Assembly: GCF_963921235.1 (NCBI RefSeq)
Contig: NC_086101.1
Span: forward strand, 10,914,001-10,978,000
Direction: 5' to 3'
From: Mobula hypostoma
Lineage: Eukaryota
Length of the DNA: 64,000 bases
Shown here: positions 49,590 through 63,079 of the stretch, piece by piece
How positions within the stretch are numbered: position 1 is the stretch's first letter
Layout of the letters: each line of letters begins with the position of its first letter
The notes under the pieces: generated by a model
Told to the model about the DNA's origin: nothing
Database searches by the model: none
Seen by the model: the letters and a program-made list of their open reading frames with translations, nothing else
Program-made: the position numbers and the translations under genes

Positions 49590-49716
49590 ATCTTTGGGAT
49601 GAGGTCTTTGGAGCTTCTGTTGGTGTTTCTGTAGCTCTGGGATTTTACGGGATGGGGTTGCTTTCCCCCTGCCCAACCCTCCTTCCTTTGTAGCCGGGCT
49701 GGGGACTGTCCATGGT
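49590..49716 (-). mobile_element. Short RTE-5'-UTR-like repeat fragment
   Basis: Minus strand gtccccagcccggct...gggttgggc...caaccccatcccgtaaaa; recognised from memory only. Confidence 0.4.
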
Positions 49717-49729
49717 GGCTACCTGAGAC

Positions 49730-50880
49730 CTTTCTGTGCATAAGTTGGTCTCAGATGTGGGCTGCACTACGAGAGCACTTGGTCGACTGCTAAAACTACC
49801 AGAGAAATTAAAGCTGGGCAGCATCACTAAATATCATCAACAGGTAAAAGCCCAGAAACCAGTAGTGTGGGCCTTAAATGCCACGACATTGAACCTGGAG
49901 ACTACGTGTTGGTGTGGACATTTAAAAGAAAGAACTGTTTGGAACCTCGATTTGAAGGACCATTTCAGGTTTTGCTGGTCACTAACGCAGCCATCAAGGT
50001 AAGAGACAAACCGTCATGGATTCACACCTCTCACTGTAAGATGGTGCCTACCCATGGCAGTCGGATTAGATCGTGTCCTTTCCCTGCCACGAACACTCAA
50101 GCTGCTGGGTGTGTACGGCTGTCCTGGCACATGTAGAAATGGATGTGTCCTTCACTGAAACAGAGATGAACTGTGACTTTAATTGGCCCAAGCCCTCAGC
50201 CCAGGGTATTTCTGGTACAATGACGATGGGACTGAGAAACGTAGACCCTTCATCCCCTTATCGGATGGCCAGAATGTCACTGGGGGATGGGGATGTAAAT
50301 TTGGAAACAACCAGTGTTTCAGAGGACGGTGTATACCTCTGTACGACAATAACCCCAGGGTAAAAAGGACTTAGTGTTACATAGAAACACAGAAAACCTA
50401 CAGCACAATACAGGCCCTTCGGCCCACAAAACTGTGCCAAACATGTCCTTACCTGAGAACTACCTAGGCTTACCCACAGCCCTCGATTTTTCTCAGCTCC
50501 ATGTTCCTATCCAGGAGTCTCTTGTCCCTGGGGAATGTAACACTTGATCAGGGAGCTGGTAAAGCAGCACAGGAACTGATTAACATGACATCAGCATTGG
50601 AAAAGTTAGTAAATTAAACTGCATATGCTCTCGATCCAAGCCAATAAGCAATATCTAATTGTCGGCAGAATTGGTGCTGGTCCATACAGTGGCATTGCAA
50701 ATCCAAACAGCTTTGGACTTTGTTTTATCCGAGAAAGGAACCATGTGTGCCCAGATTGGACAAGAATGCTGCAGTTCCATACAAAATGAATCAGGACAAC
50801 AAAACTCACTTCACAGATCACATCCCAGAGGCCACCAGGAAGATTAAGGAAATAGTAACCCAATTCCACAATGATAATCC
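49730..50880 (+). pseudogene. Endogenous retrovirus remnant: integrase C-terminus and degraded gamma-type env
   Basis: IEPGDYVLV..FKRKNCLEPRFEGPFQVLLVT..AIKV..KPSWIH.SHCK (49867-50040); CWVC at about 50103; ALQ.Q.ALDFVLSEKG..CAQIGQECC (ISD-like + CX6CC) at about 50690-50772. Confidence 0.85.
50378..50524 (-). mobile_element. CR1 3' tail inserted in the env remnant
   Basis: acatagaaacacagaaaacctacagcacaatacaggcccttcggccc..., same tail as at 52890. Confidence 0.8.
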
Positions 50881-51249
50881 CACAGGAAGCGTGTGGCCAT
50901 TTTCTTTCCCACCCTCTCCATCTTCCCGTCCCCCACACACTCCTCCCCAGCTCCCTCCCTTTATTCCAGTCTTCACTTTCCTCTCCAGCCAGATTCCATC
51001 ATCTTTGTCTCCACCACCTCTCACCTCCCAGTTTCTGACACATTTCCACACTCCACCCCTCCCTCATCCGGATCAGCTGTCAGCTTTTACTCCCCCTTCC
51101 TTCCAACTTTCTGTACCGATTCTTTGGCACTTTGTGTGTTACCACCGGTCCCTGTCCCGTTCCCCAAGACTCACCCTGACCTCCCTCTCCCAGTCAGCCC
51201 CACCACCACTTGTCCCAGTTACCCGGTCAGTTCCGGTGGACTTTAGCAC

Positions 51250-52200
51250 CCGGGGGAGCCGGGGAGCTCAGGACCCGCCGCCCGCGGCTGCTGCTGAATC
51301 CGCGGTGTTTCTGTTCCGTTGACAATGCGGTGAACGAGTTAAAATTAATGGATCGATAATTCTCACATCGTGTTTATTTCACTCTCCGCACATTTATATT
51401 TACACTGACTTACTCCTGACGCCGGTCCCGGGACCCGACCCGTTTACAGACCCGGAGCGGAACCGGAGCAGATTCTCAGCCACTGGTTTTCATCCCAAAT
51501 CCAGAAGAAAGGATAAAGTTTCCCCGTGAATTTATTCCCGGTGAAAATGTAGAGATGGGACTTGGTCTCCGCGTTGTAAAATGAAACTGTCCCGGACTGG
51601 TAACTGAGATAAACTCCCACCCTCCCGGGGATGGGACCGGCAGGGAGACGGGAGTCAGGGGAGGTGCGAACCCACATCTCGTCATTAACCCGCCCGATGA
51701 TCCAGAATCCGGTCTCCGGACTCGGTCTGACCCATCGCTTCCTCTTCACAGACTCTGCGGCGACTCCCAGACACCACCACCGATTCCCCGTCACCTCCAC
51801 CTCCCAGTAATGTCTCCCCGATGTGAATCCCTCCGATCCCAGCACACAAGGCCAGACTGTGAACCTCTTCCCGGTGTCAGGGAGATTCCTCCGGGTCCGG
51901 GTCCGTCTCACACTCTTCCGATCCTCAGACACCTCGAGCAGCGGATGCGCCGTTTCCACATCCAGGGTGACAGAGACTGGGGGGAGAAGCAGAGAATTAG
52001 AGAGTCCCCGGGGATCGCGGGGAGACTCGGGCAGCGCGGCCCCGGGACGGGACCGGGGGAGAGGCCGCTGGGCCTCAGGCGCAGTCCGGTGGCCGACAGG
52101 AACCTTTCCCGGGGTTTTACACAAACACAGCGGATGGACAACCAGCATCTTCCCGAGGTTCTTCCACCGGGATGGAGAGCGGAGTTTTCCCGATCAACAC
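51250..52200. other. CpG-rich, GC-rich island covering the PRY-SPRY exon
   Basis: Visibly dense CpG compared with the flanks; not quantified. Confidence 0.6.
51444..51976 (-). CDS. Terminal exon encoding an intact B30.2 (PRY-SPRY) domain; TRIM- or butyrophilin-like gene
   Basis: VTLDVETAHP.L.VSEDRKSV...RF..WPCVLGSEGFTSGRHYWEVEV...W.LGVA.ES...RVGVYL....GTVSFYN....HLY.F....F..KLYPFF; polypyrimidine tract and CAG acceptor at 51977; stop at 51444; AATAAA at 51373-51378. Confidence 0.9.
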
Positions 52201-52499
52201 ACTAAAACTCTGGAGGATCTCAGCGGGTCAAGCAGCGTGTGTGGAGGGAGATAGACAGCCGATGTTTGAGGCCGAAAGCCAGCAACAAAAATGGAAAGAA
52301 ATAGGAGGTAGGTGGTGTAAACGGGTGTGAGGAAGGGCTGCGGCAACAACTGGATCCAGATGAGGACGGGGTGAGTGAAAACTGGAGGCATTTAAAGAGG
52401 AGGTCAGGGAGGCTGTTCGGCCGAATTCATTCATCCTGGCCAACTTGCTTCAATGAGCTTGTCCCACTTGCCTGTGTGTATCCATTATTCCTTTAAACT

Positions 52500-55400
52500 T
52501 CCTCTGGCAGCCTCCTCAGCTCCAGGGAAAGTCCCAGCTTCTCCTTGTAAACCAAACCCTCCAGTCCTGGTAATGTCCCTGTAAATCTATTTTATTCCCT
52601 CTCAGTTTAATGACAGCCTTCCTTTTGAAAGGTAACCAGAACTTTACACATTGCTCCAAATGTGGCCTTCCCAATGTCTTGCACACACATCACGTGACAA
52701 CCCAACTCCAGCACTCAATATTCTGACTGATGAGGGCAATCACCTCCTGGTCTCCTTGTTCTACAACATTCTCCATGGACCCACTGATTCCTGTGTAAAT
52801 CCTGTCCTGGTCTAATTTCCCAAAACCCACATCTCTCTGAATTAAATTCCATCTGCCATTCACTGGCCAACTGGCCCAGCTGATGAAGATAGAACACAGA
52901 AAACCTACAGTACAATACAGGCCCTGCAGCCCACAAAGCTGTGCCGAACATGTCTTGATCTTAGAAATTACCTCGGCTTACCCATAGCCCTCTATTTTTC
53001 TGAGCTCCATGTACCTGTCCAGGAGTCTCTCAAAACACCCTATCATTTCCGCCTCCACCACCGCCGCTGACAGCCCATTCCACGCACTCACCACTCTCTG
53101 CACAAAAAACTTGCCCCTGAGATTGCCTCTGTACCTATTTCCAAGCACCTTAAAACCATGCCCTCTCGTGCTAGCCATTTCAGCCCTGGGAAAAAGCCAC
53201 TGACTATCCACACAATCAATGCCTTTCATTACAGTAGTAGTGAGGTCGGAGATGGTATTAAACAGGAAATTAGAAATGTGTGCAATAAAGGAACAGCAGT
53301 TATAATGGGTGACTTCAATCTACATGTAGACTGGGTGAACCAAATTGGTAAAGGTGCTGAGGAAGAGGATTTCTTGGAATGTATGTGGGATGGTTTTTTG
53401 AACCAACATGTCGAGGAACCAACGAGAGAGCAGGCAATTCTGGACTGGGTTTTGAGCAATGAGGAAGGGTTAATTAGCGATCTTGTCGTGAGAGGCCCCT
53501 TGGGTAAGAGTGACCATAATATGGTGGAATTCTTCATTAATATGGAGAGTGACATAGTTAATTCAGAAACAAAGGTTCTGAACTTAAAGAGGGGTAACTT
53601 TGAAGGTATGAGACATCAATTAGCTAAGATAGACTGGCAAATGACACTTAAAGGATTGACGGTGGATATGCAATGACAAGCATTTAAAGGTTGCATGGAT
53701 GAACTACAACAATTGTTCATCCCAGTTTGGCAAAAGAATAAATCAAGGAAGGTAGTGCACCCGTGGCTGACAAGAGAAATTAGGGACAGTATCAATTCCA
53801 AAGAAGTAGCATACAAATTAGCTAGAGAAAGTGGCTCACCTGAGGACTGGGAGAAATTCAGAGTTCAGCAGAGGAGGACAAAGGGCTTAATTAGGAAGGG
53901 GAAAAAAGATTATGAGAGAAAACTGGCAGAGAACATAAAAACGGACTGTAAAAGCTTTTATAGATATGTAAAAAGGAAAAGACTGGTAAAGACAAATGTA
54001 GGTCCCCTGCAGACAGAAACAGGCGAATTGATTATGGGGAGCAAGGACATGGCAGACCAATTGAATAATTACTTTGGTTCTGTCTTCACTAAGGAGGACA
54101 TAAATAATCTTCCAGAAATAGTAAGGGACAGAGGCTCCAGTGAGATGGAGGAACTGAGTGAAATACATGTTAGTAGGGAAGTGGTGTTAGGTAAATTGAA
54201 GGGATTGAAGGCAGATAAATCCCCAGGGCCAGATGGTCTGCATCCCAGAGTGCTTAAGGAAGTAGCCCAAGAAATAGTGGATGCATTAGTGATAATTTTT
54301 CAAAACTCGTTAGATTCTGGACTAGTTCCTGAGGATTGGAGGGTGGCTAATGTAACCCCACTTTTTAAAAAAGGAGGGAGAGAGAAACCGGGGAATTATA
54401 GACCGGTTAGCCTAACGTCGGTGGTGGGGAAACTGCTGGAGTCAGTTATCAAGGATGTGATAACAGCACATTTGGAAAGCGGTGAAATGATCAAAGTCAG
54501 CATGGATTTGTGAAAGGAAAATCATGTCTGACGAATCTCATAGAATTTTTTGAGGATGTAACTAGTAGAGTGGATAGGGGAGAACCAGTGGATGTGGTAT
54601 ATTTGGATTTTCAAAAGGCTTTTGACAAGGTCCCATACAGGAGATTAGTGTGCAAACTTAAAGCACACGGTATTGGGGGTAAGGTATTGGTGTGGGTGGA
54701 GAATTGGTTAGCAGAGAGGAAGCAAAGAGTGGGAATAAACGGGACCTTTTCAGAATGGCAGGCGGTGACTAGTGGGGTACCGCAAGGCTCAGTGCTGGGA
54801 CCCCAGTTGTTTACAATATATATTAATGACTTGGATGAGGGAATTAAATGCAGCATCTCCAAGTTTGCGGATGACACAAAGCTGGGTGGCAGTGTTAGCA
54901 GTGAGGAGGATGCTAAGAGGATGCAGGGTGACTTGGATAGGTTGGGTGAGTGGGCAAACTCATGGCAGATGCAATTTAATGTGGATAAATGTGAAGTTAT
55001 CCACTTTGGTGGCAAAAATAGGAAAACAGATTATTATCTGAATGGTGGCCGATTAGGAAAAGGGGAGGTGCAACGAGACCTGGGTGTCATTATACACCAG
55101 TCATTGAAAGTGGGCATGCAGGTACAGCAGGCGGTGAAAAAGGCGAATGGTATGCTGGCATTTATAGCGAGAGGATTCGAGTACAGGAGCAGGGGGGTAC
55201 TACTGCAGTTGCACAAGGCCTTGGTGAGACCACACCTGGAGTACTGTGTGCAGTTTTGGTCCCCTAATCTGAGGAAAGACATCTTTGCCATAGAGGGAGT
55301 ACAAAGAAGGTTCACCAGATTGATTCCTGGGATGGCAGGACTTTTATATGAAGAAAGACTGGATGAACTGGGCTTGTACTCGTTGGAATTTAGAAGATTG

Positions 55401-56580
55401 AGGGGGGATCTGATTGAAACGTATAAGATCCTAAAGGGATTGGACAGGCTAGATGCAGGAAGATTGTTCCCAATGTTGGGGAAGTCCAGAACGAGGGGTC
55501 ACAGTTTGAGGATAGAGGGGAAGCCTTTTAGGACCGAGATTAGGAAAAACTTCTTCACACAGAGAGTGGTGAATCTGTGGAATTCTCTGCCACAGGAAAC
55601 AGTTGAGGCCAGTTCATTGGCTGTGTTTAAGAGGGAGTTAGATATGGCCCTTGTGGCTACAGGGGTCAGGGGGTATGGAGGGAAGGCTGGGGCGGGGTTC
55701 TGAGTTGGATGATCAGCCATGATCATAATAAATGGCGGTGCAGGCTCGAAGGGCCGAATGGCCTACTCCTGCACCTATTTTCTATGTTTCTATGTTTTTA
55801 TTGTCTTGTACAGCTCTGTCAGGTCACCTCTCATCCTCCATCGCTGTAAGGAGAAAAGGCCGAGTTCACTCAACCTATTCTCGTAAGGAATGCTCCTCAA
55901 TCCAGGCAACGTCCTTGTAAATCTCCTCTGTACCGTTTCTGTGGTTTCCACATCCTCCCTGTAGTGAGGCGACCAGATTGAGCACAGTACTCCAAGTGGG
56001 GTCTGACCAGGGTCCTATAGAGCTGCAACATTACCTCTCGGCTCATAAACTCAGTCCCACGGTTGATGAAGGCCAATGCACCGTATGCCTTCTTAACCAC
56101 AGAGTCAACCTGCGCAGCTGCTTTGAGTGTCCTATGGACTCGGACCCAAAGATCCTTCTGATCCTCCATACTGCCAAGAGTCTTACCATTAATACTATAT
56201 TCTGTCATCATATTTGACCTACCAAATGAACCACCTTGGATTCCTCCTCACTTTCTCAATAAGCCCTGCATGGGGTATCTTATCAAATGCCTTGCTAAAA
56301 TCCATTTCCACTACATCTACTGCTCTATCCTCATCAATGTGATTAGTCACATCCTCAAAAACTTCAATCAGGGTCAAGGCACGACCTGCCTTTACGAAAG
56401 CCATGCTGACTATTCCTAATCATATTATGCCTCTCTAAATGTTCATAAATCCTGCCTCTCAGCATCTTTTCCTTCAACTTACCAACCACTGAAATAAGAC
56501 TCACTGGTCTATAATTTCCTGGGCAATCTCTACTCCTTTTCTTGAATAAGGAAACAACATCCGCAACCTTTCAATCCCTC
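52500..56580 (-). mobile_element. Older CR1 fragments (52500-52885; 52890-53230 plus 55800-56580), host of the + strand CR1
   Basis: ORFs 52978-53229, 55897-56211 and 56219-56404; sequence rejoins across 53231-55799. Confidence 0.82.
53231..55799 (+). mobile_element. Young CR1 (5'-truncated within the endonuclease), one stop and one frameshift
   Basis: ORFs to 53676, 53695-54513 and 54510-55703; 3-bp ATT duplication at the ends; same subfamily as 20167-22262. Confidence 0.95.
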
Positions 56581-56779
56581 CTGGGGATTTATCTACCTTT
56601 ATGCATTTTAGGACCTGCAGTACATTCACTTCTGTAATGTGGTAGAAAATGAGGCCGATCATCTTCTATAACACAGGGGATTTGAGGGCCCTGTGAATTT
56701 AAATGAACTGAATGACTGAGACCACATAGCCCTCCGGTGCAGAAAATTCCGAAAATAAATGTCCTTTGTATCATATCCC

Positions 56780-59579
56780 AGCCATTCCTGCTCTGCCATC
56801 ATCCCTGCCAGTGTTCTTTTCCAATGAATTCTGGCCAACTCCTTTCTCCTGCCTCTGTAATTGCCTTTACTCCACTGTAATACTGATACATCTGACTTCT
56901 GCTTCTCCTTCTCAAATTTTCAGTGTGAATTCGATCATATTATGATCACTTTCCCCTTAGGGTTCTTCTACCTTAAGGTTTCTGATCAATTCCAGTTCAT
57001 TTCACCCATTTGAGAATAGCAGATCCCCTGGTGGGCTCAACCACAAGCTGCTCTAAAAAGCCTTCTCTGAGGCTTTGTAGAAATTCCCTCTCGTGGAATC
57101 CCACATCAACCTGATTTTCCCAATTTACCCACATATTGAAATCCCCCCTTGTATCATTGCCCTTTTGGCATCCACCTTCTATCCCCTGTTGTAGCTTGCA
57201 GACCACGTACTACTGTTTGGGGTCTGCATACAACTCCCATCAGGGTCTTTTTACCCTTGCCATTCCAAAGCTCTGTCTATAATTATTGAACACCTTCTGA
57301 TCTGATGTCCCCTCCTTCTAATGATTTGATTTCATATTTTATTACCAACAGAGCCACGCAGCCCCCTCTGCCTTCCTGCCTGTCCTTTTGATTCAATGTG
57401 CATCCTTGGACATTAAGGTCACAGATATAATCTTATTTCAGCCACGATCAGTGAAGCCTACAGCATGATACTTGCCAATCTGTAACTCTGCGACAAGTTC
57501 ATCTACCTTATTCTGTATACTGCGCACGTTCAAATATAACACCTTGAATCCTGTATTCAACCTTTTAGATTTTGTCCACCTTTTAATATACAACTCACCC
57601 TGTTGACTGCAGCTTTCCCCTATCATCAGCCTCTCCTTGCCAGGAATCTCACTGCACACTGCCTCTGTTTGTAAACCAACTACCTCATCCTCAGCACGAT
57701 CTCTCCGGTTCCCATCCCCCTGTCAAATTAGTTTAATATGCCACTCTCCAGGCATATGGCACCACTACTGTGACAAATGAGGAGACAAAGATAACCACCA
57801 ATGGCACAGAAATCTCTTCCCTCACTTCCCATAGTAACCTGTGGTATAGACTGTGGTCTTATCCATCCTAATACTTTACTAAACAACCAGCACATCCTCT
57901 TTCTGAATGTCAATGTTCTAGCATATCAGCCTGTTTTGTGCTGTTCTCAGAAAAATCATTGTCTCTCTCTCAGTAGTGAATACTAAAGCAAAGTCTTCAT
58001 TAAAGACCCTTCCAACCTCCTCTGACTCCAGGCATGTTTCCACTTCTGTCCCTGATCATTCCTACCTCACTCTATTTATCCTTCTGTTCTTCATGTATGT
58101 GTACAATGCCTTGGAGTTTTCCTTAATCCTACTCATCAAGGCCCTCTGGTGTCTTCTAGCTCTCCTCAGTCCAGTTTTCAGCTCCTTCCTGGCTACCTTG
58201 TAACTCTCTAGACCCCATCTGAACTTTTCTTCCCAAAACTGGAATTAAACTTCCTGCTTCCTCTTGACCTGATGTTCTGCACGTCTTGTCAACCATGGTT
58301 TCTTCACCCTCCCACCCTTTCACTGTCTCCATGGGACAAACCTGTCCATGAACCCATGCAAGTGCTCCCTAAACAAACACCATATCTACATTGTCCATTT
58401 CCATATGTACTACCATTCCCAGTTGACAATCCCAAGTTCCCACCTAATAACATCGTAACTCACCATCCTCCAGTTACACTGGCTGCTCAAATCCCTGTCC
58501 AAGGCTATGGGAAAAGTGAGGGAGTTGTGGTCACTGTCTCCAAAAAGCTCACCCACTGAGTGATCTGTCACCTGTCCTCGTTCATTGTTCAGTACAATTG
58601 ATTGTGAGTGATTTTGTATTTCCTTATATTGTCTGGGATTTCCCAACTGTGAAAGGACTGGATGTGACTGAGTTTGTCGACTGTTTTCAGGAAACTTTCC
58701 TTAATCAATATATAGAGGTTGCAAGTAAAGAGTGAGTGACAGGGATAGAGACTAGGCAGGCGATAGAAGTGTGTGGAGGGGAACACTTTTGATCAAGCGA
58801 TCATAATTCCATTAGTTGCAAGATAATTATGGAGGATGGTTCTTGTCCTATGCTCTTTAGTTCTAGTCTCACTGAACCTCAATGAAAATGTCTGCGTGCA
58901 TTTATCCTATCTATACCCCTCATAATTGTGTACACTTCTGTCAAATTTCCCCTCATTCTCCTACACTCAGTGGAATAAACTCCTAACCTATTTAACCCTG
59001 CCCGATAACTCAGGTAGGTCCTCAAGCCCAGTCAACAGCTGTGCAAGTTTTCTCTGGACTCGTTTTCAATCATATTGATCTTTCCTGTCGGTGGGTGACC
59101 AGAACTGCAGATAATACTCCAGACTTGGCCTCACCAATGTTTTCGACATAACATTGCAACTCCTGCACTCAATTTATGATTTATGAAGGCCAATGTGCCA
59201 AAACTCTCTTTACAACCTGTGACACAACTTTCAAGGAATTAAGGATCTGTATTCCTGGATCCTTCTGTTCCTCAGTGTCCGACCCGTCACCCTGCAAGTC
59301 CTACCCTGGTTAGTCCTTCCAAAGTGCAGCACCTCACACTTGTCTGCATGAAATTTCATCTGTCATTTTTCAGCCCATGGTTCCAGTTGGTCCATCCTGC
59401 TGAAAGCTTTGATAGCCTTCCTCCCTGTCCATCAGACCCACAATCTTGGTGTCATCTGAAAATTTGCTGTTGCAGTTTTTATATTATCATCCAGATCGGT
59501 GATACAGAAGACAAACAATAATGTACCTTTCACCGATCCCGGCAGCACTCCACTAGTCACAGGGCAGCAGTCAGACAGG
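56780..59579 (-). mobile_element. Cluster of degraded CR1 fragments (endonuclease and RT), mostly minus strand
   Basis: KVLYLNVRSIQNKVDEL (57438-57659), GDFN (56997-57206), FGDSDHN (58410-58646), RT remnant 58840-59579. Confidence 0.75.
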
Positions 59580-59586
59580 CAATCAT

Positions 59587-61571
59587 AGAACATAGAATAG
59601 TACAGCACATTACAGGCCCTTCGGCCCACAATGTTGTGCCAACCCTCAAACCCTGCCTCCCATATAACCCCCCCTCCTTAAATTCCTCCATATACCTGTC
59701 TAGTAGTCTCTTAAACTTAACTAGTGTATCTGCCTCCACCATTGACTCAGGCAGTGCATTCCACACACCAACCACTCTCTGAGTAAAAAACCTTCCTCTA
59801 ATATCCCCCTTGAACTTCCTACCCCTTACCTTAAAGCCATGTCCTCTTGTATTGAGCAGTGGTACCCTGGGGAAGAGGCGCTGGCTATCCACTCTATCTG
59901 TTCCTCTTAATATCTTGTATACCTCTATCATGTCTCCTCTCATCCTCCTTCTCTCCAAAGAGTAAAGCCCTAGCTCCCTTAATCTCTGATCATAATGCAT
60001 ACTCTCCAAACCAGGCAGCATCCTGGTAAATCTCCTCTGTACCCTTTCCAATGCTTCCAAATCCTTCCTGTAGTGAGGTGACCAGAACTGGACACAGTAC
60101 TCCAAGTGTGGCCTAACCAGAGTTTTATAGAGCTGCATCATTACCCCACGACTCTTAAACTCTGTCCCTCCACTTATGAAAGATAACACTCCATAAGCTT
60201 TCTTAACTACCCTTTCTACCTGTGAGGCAACTTTCAGGGATCTGTGGACATGTATCGCCAGATCCCTCTGCTCCTTCACACTGCCAAGTATCCTGCCTTT
60301 TACGTTGTACTCTGCCTTGGAGTTTGTCCTTCCAAAGTGTACCACCTCACACTTCTCCGGGTTGAACTCCATCTGCCACTTCTCAGCTCACTTCTGCATC
60401 CTATCAATGTCTCTCTGCAATCTTCAACAATCCTCTACACTATCTACAACACCACCAACCTTTGTGTCATCTGCAAACTTGCCAACCTACCCTTCAACCC
60501 TCATATCCAGGTCGTTAATAAAAATCATGAAAAGTAGAGGTCTCAGAACTGATCCTTGTGAGACACCGCTAGTCACAACCCTCCAATCTGAATGTACTCC
60601 CTCCACCACCACCCTCTGCCTTCTGCAGGCAAGCCAATTCTGAATCCACCTGGCTAAACTTCCCTGGATCCCATGCCTTCTGACTTTCTGAATAAGCCTA
60701 CCGTGTGGAACCTTGTCAAATGCCTTACTAAAATCCACATAGATCACATCCACTGCACTACCCTCATCTGTATGCTTGGTCACCTCCTCAAAGAACTCTA
60801 TCAGGCTCGTTAGACACGATCTGCCCTTCACAAAGCCATGCTGACTGTCCCTGATCAGGCCATGATTCTCTAAATGCCCAGAGATCCTATCTCAAGAATC
60901 TTTTCCAACAGCTTTCCCACCACAGACATAAGGCTCACTGGTTTATAATTACCCAGACTGTCCCTACTATCTTTTTTGAACAAGAGGACAACATTCACCT
61001 CCCTCCAATTCGCTGGTACCATCCCTGTGGACAACGAGAACATAGATATCCTAGCCAGAGGCTCAGCAATCTCTTTCCTTGCCTCATGGAGCAGCCTGGG
61101 GAATATTCCATCAGGCGCCGGGGACTTATCCATCCTAATGTATTTTAACAACTCCAACACCTCCTCTCCCTTAATATCAACATGCTCCAGAACATCAACC
61201 TCACTCATATTGTCCTCACCATCATCAAGTTCCCTCTCATTGGTGAATACCGAAGAGAAGTATTCATTAAGGACCTCGCTCACTTCCACAGCCTCCAGGC
61301 ACATCTTCCCACCTTTATCTCTAATCAGTCCTACCTTCACTCCTGTCATCCTTTTGTTCTTCACATAATTGAAGAATGCCTTGGGGTTTTCCTTTACCCT
61401 TCTCATGCCCCCTTCTTGCTCTTCTCAGCCCCTTCTTAAGCTCCTTTCTTGCTTCCCTATATTCCTCAATAGATCCATCTGATCTGTGCTTCCTAAACCT
61501 CATGTATGCTGCCTTCTTCCACCTGACTGGAATTTCCACCTCACTTGTCACCCAGGGTTCCTTCACCCTAC
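59587..61571 (-). mobile_element. CR1, 5'-truncated, nested in an older CR1
   Basis: ORFs 59557-60372, 60487-60831 and 60870-61406; CAATCAT at 59580-59586 and 61572-61578. Confidence 0.92.
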
Positions 61572-61578
61572 CAATCAT

Positions 61579-62480
61579 TTACTACCTCTCACTGGCTTCT
61601 CCTGTGAAGCAAATATCAAATCCGATTCACTACCTCATCCTCAATGGCAAATGACTGAACCTTCCTGAATAAACTTCCAAGCGGCATCTTGTCAAAGGCC
61701 TTGTTAAAGTCCATGTAGACAACATCCACCATCTTCCCTTCAACAACCTTACTGGTAACTTCCTGGAAACTTCCTGGAAAGACTCTGTAAGATTGATTAG
61801 ACATGAGCTATCACAGACAAAGTCGTGTAGACTATCCTTAATCAGTCATTGTCCACCAAAATACTGAAATTTCCTGTCCCGTAGGTTAACTTACCCACTA
61901 CCCATGGCAGAGTCGGCTGCCTATAATTTCCTGGCGTATTCTTCGTGCCTTTCTTAAATGATGAAACAACATTAACTCTCCTTCAATCCTCTGGTACCTC
62001 CCTTGTGGCTAAGGATGCTTTAAGTACCTCTGTTAGGACCCCTGCAATTTCTGCACTAACATCCCACATGGTCTGAAGGGGGACTTTGTCAAGCCCTGGG
62101 TGTTTATTCACCCTAATTCAGCAACCATTTCCTCTTCTGTCAGCTCCATATGGTCCATGATCTCCCTGCTGTTATGCCTCACTTCTCGAGACTCTGTCCA
62201 TCTCCTGAGTAAATACAGATGTAAAAAATCTATTTAAGATTTCCTTCCATCTCTTTAGGCTCCCTGCACAGATGCCACGCTGATCTTCAAGTGGGTCAGT
62301 TTTGTCCCGTGCTATTCTTTTGTTCTTCACATATCTGTAGAAGTCCTTGGGATTCTTTTTCACCTTGTCTGCTGGAGCAACTTCATGGCTTATTTTAGCC
62401 TCCTGATTTCCTCTCAAGTGTTTGCTTGCATTTCTGATACTCAAGTACCTCATTTGTTCCGTGCTGCCTGATCCTTCTTC
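61579..62480 (-). mobile_element. Continuation of the older CR1
   Basis: [14 protein letters not shown] (61616-61804); KNPKDFYRYVKNKR (62172-62645). Confidence 0.78.
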
Positions 62481-63079
62481 CTCTTCTGAACCAGAGCCTA
62501 ATTTGCCCACAAAAAACAAGAATTCAGCCCCGAGATCCACTGATGGTAAATGATTGTCACTGCAGAATTCAGCCAAATCCATGTTAAAGTTTGGACCTGC
62601 TGATGGAAACTTGCTGACAGGATTTGGGAGGAAATAGTCGCTCACTTATTTACACAACTTCCTGAAAATATGGATGCTGAAGGTTGGAGATCCTGCTGTA
62701 GATCACTGGCAAAGGAGGCTTTGCTGTCTGATGAGCCAGGACCCCTGGGCTTAACCAAGTCCACTATCATCTTGTCTGGGAGTGGGCGGGTGATGCAGTA
62801 ATTCCCTCCCAGTGCAGGGAAAGTTTACCAATCCCACCAGCAATGGGAGAAATTCTCAAAGAGAATGAGCTGTAGAATTGGCTCGAGCTATTGTTGCCGC
62901 ACGGAGATTGGATCCTGTCGGATTCAAACAGAATGTTGGTGGAGGGTTCACTGAGCCAAGTACACGAACTCCTGAACCAACTCATATCCCTCGCTTTCTT
63001 CAACAGGAAATGTCTGACCTTTGCCCTTCTCCTGGTGGGATGAGTTGTGTCCCACCATCTTACCTTGATCTTCATTCAG

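Noticed and set aside
50720..51322. 200-aa proline/serine-rich ORF
   Set aside because: Mostly translation of a C/T-rich low-complexity tract following the env remnant.
51977..52148. N-terminal 57 aa of the 234-aa ORF as real protein
   Set aside because: A polypyrimidine tract and CAG acceptor sit exactly at the PRY boundary, and the ORF start is not an ATG; this is probably intron.
7152..61571. Long similar blocks (7152-9080 vs 59587-61571; 647-1766 vs 54670-55799) as a segmental duplication
   Set aside because: Similarity is confined to CR1 sequence and each copy has its own junctions or TSD, so these are independent insertions.
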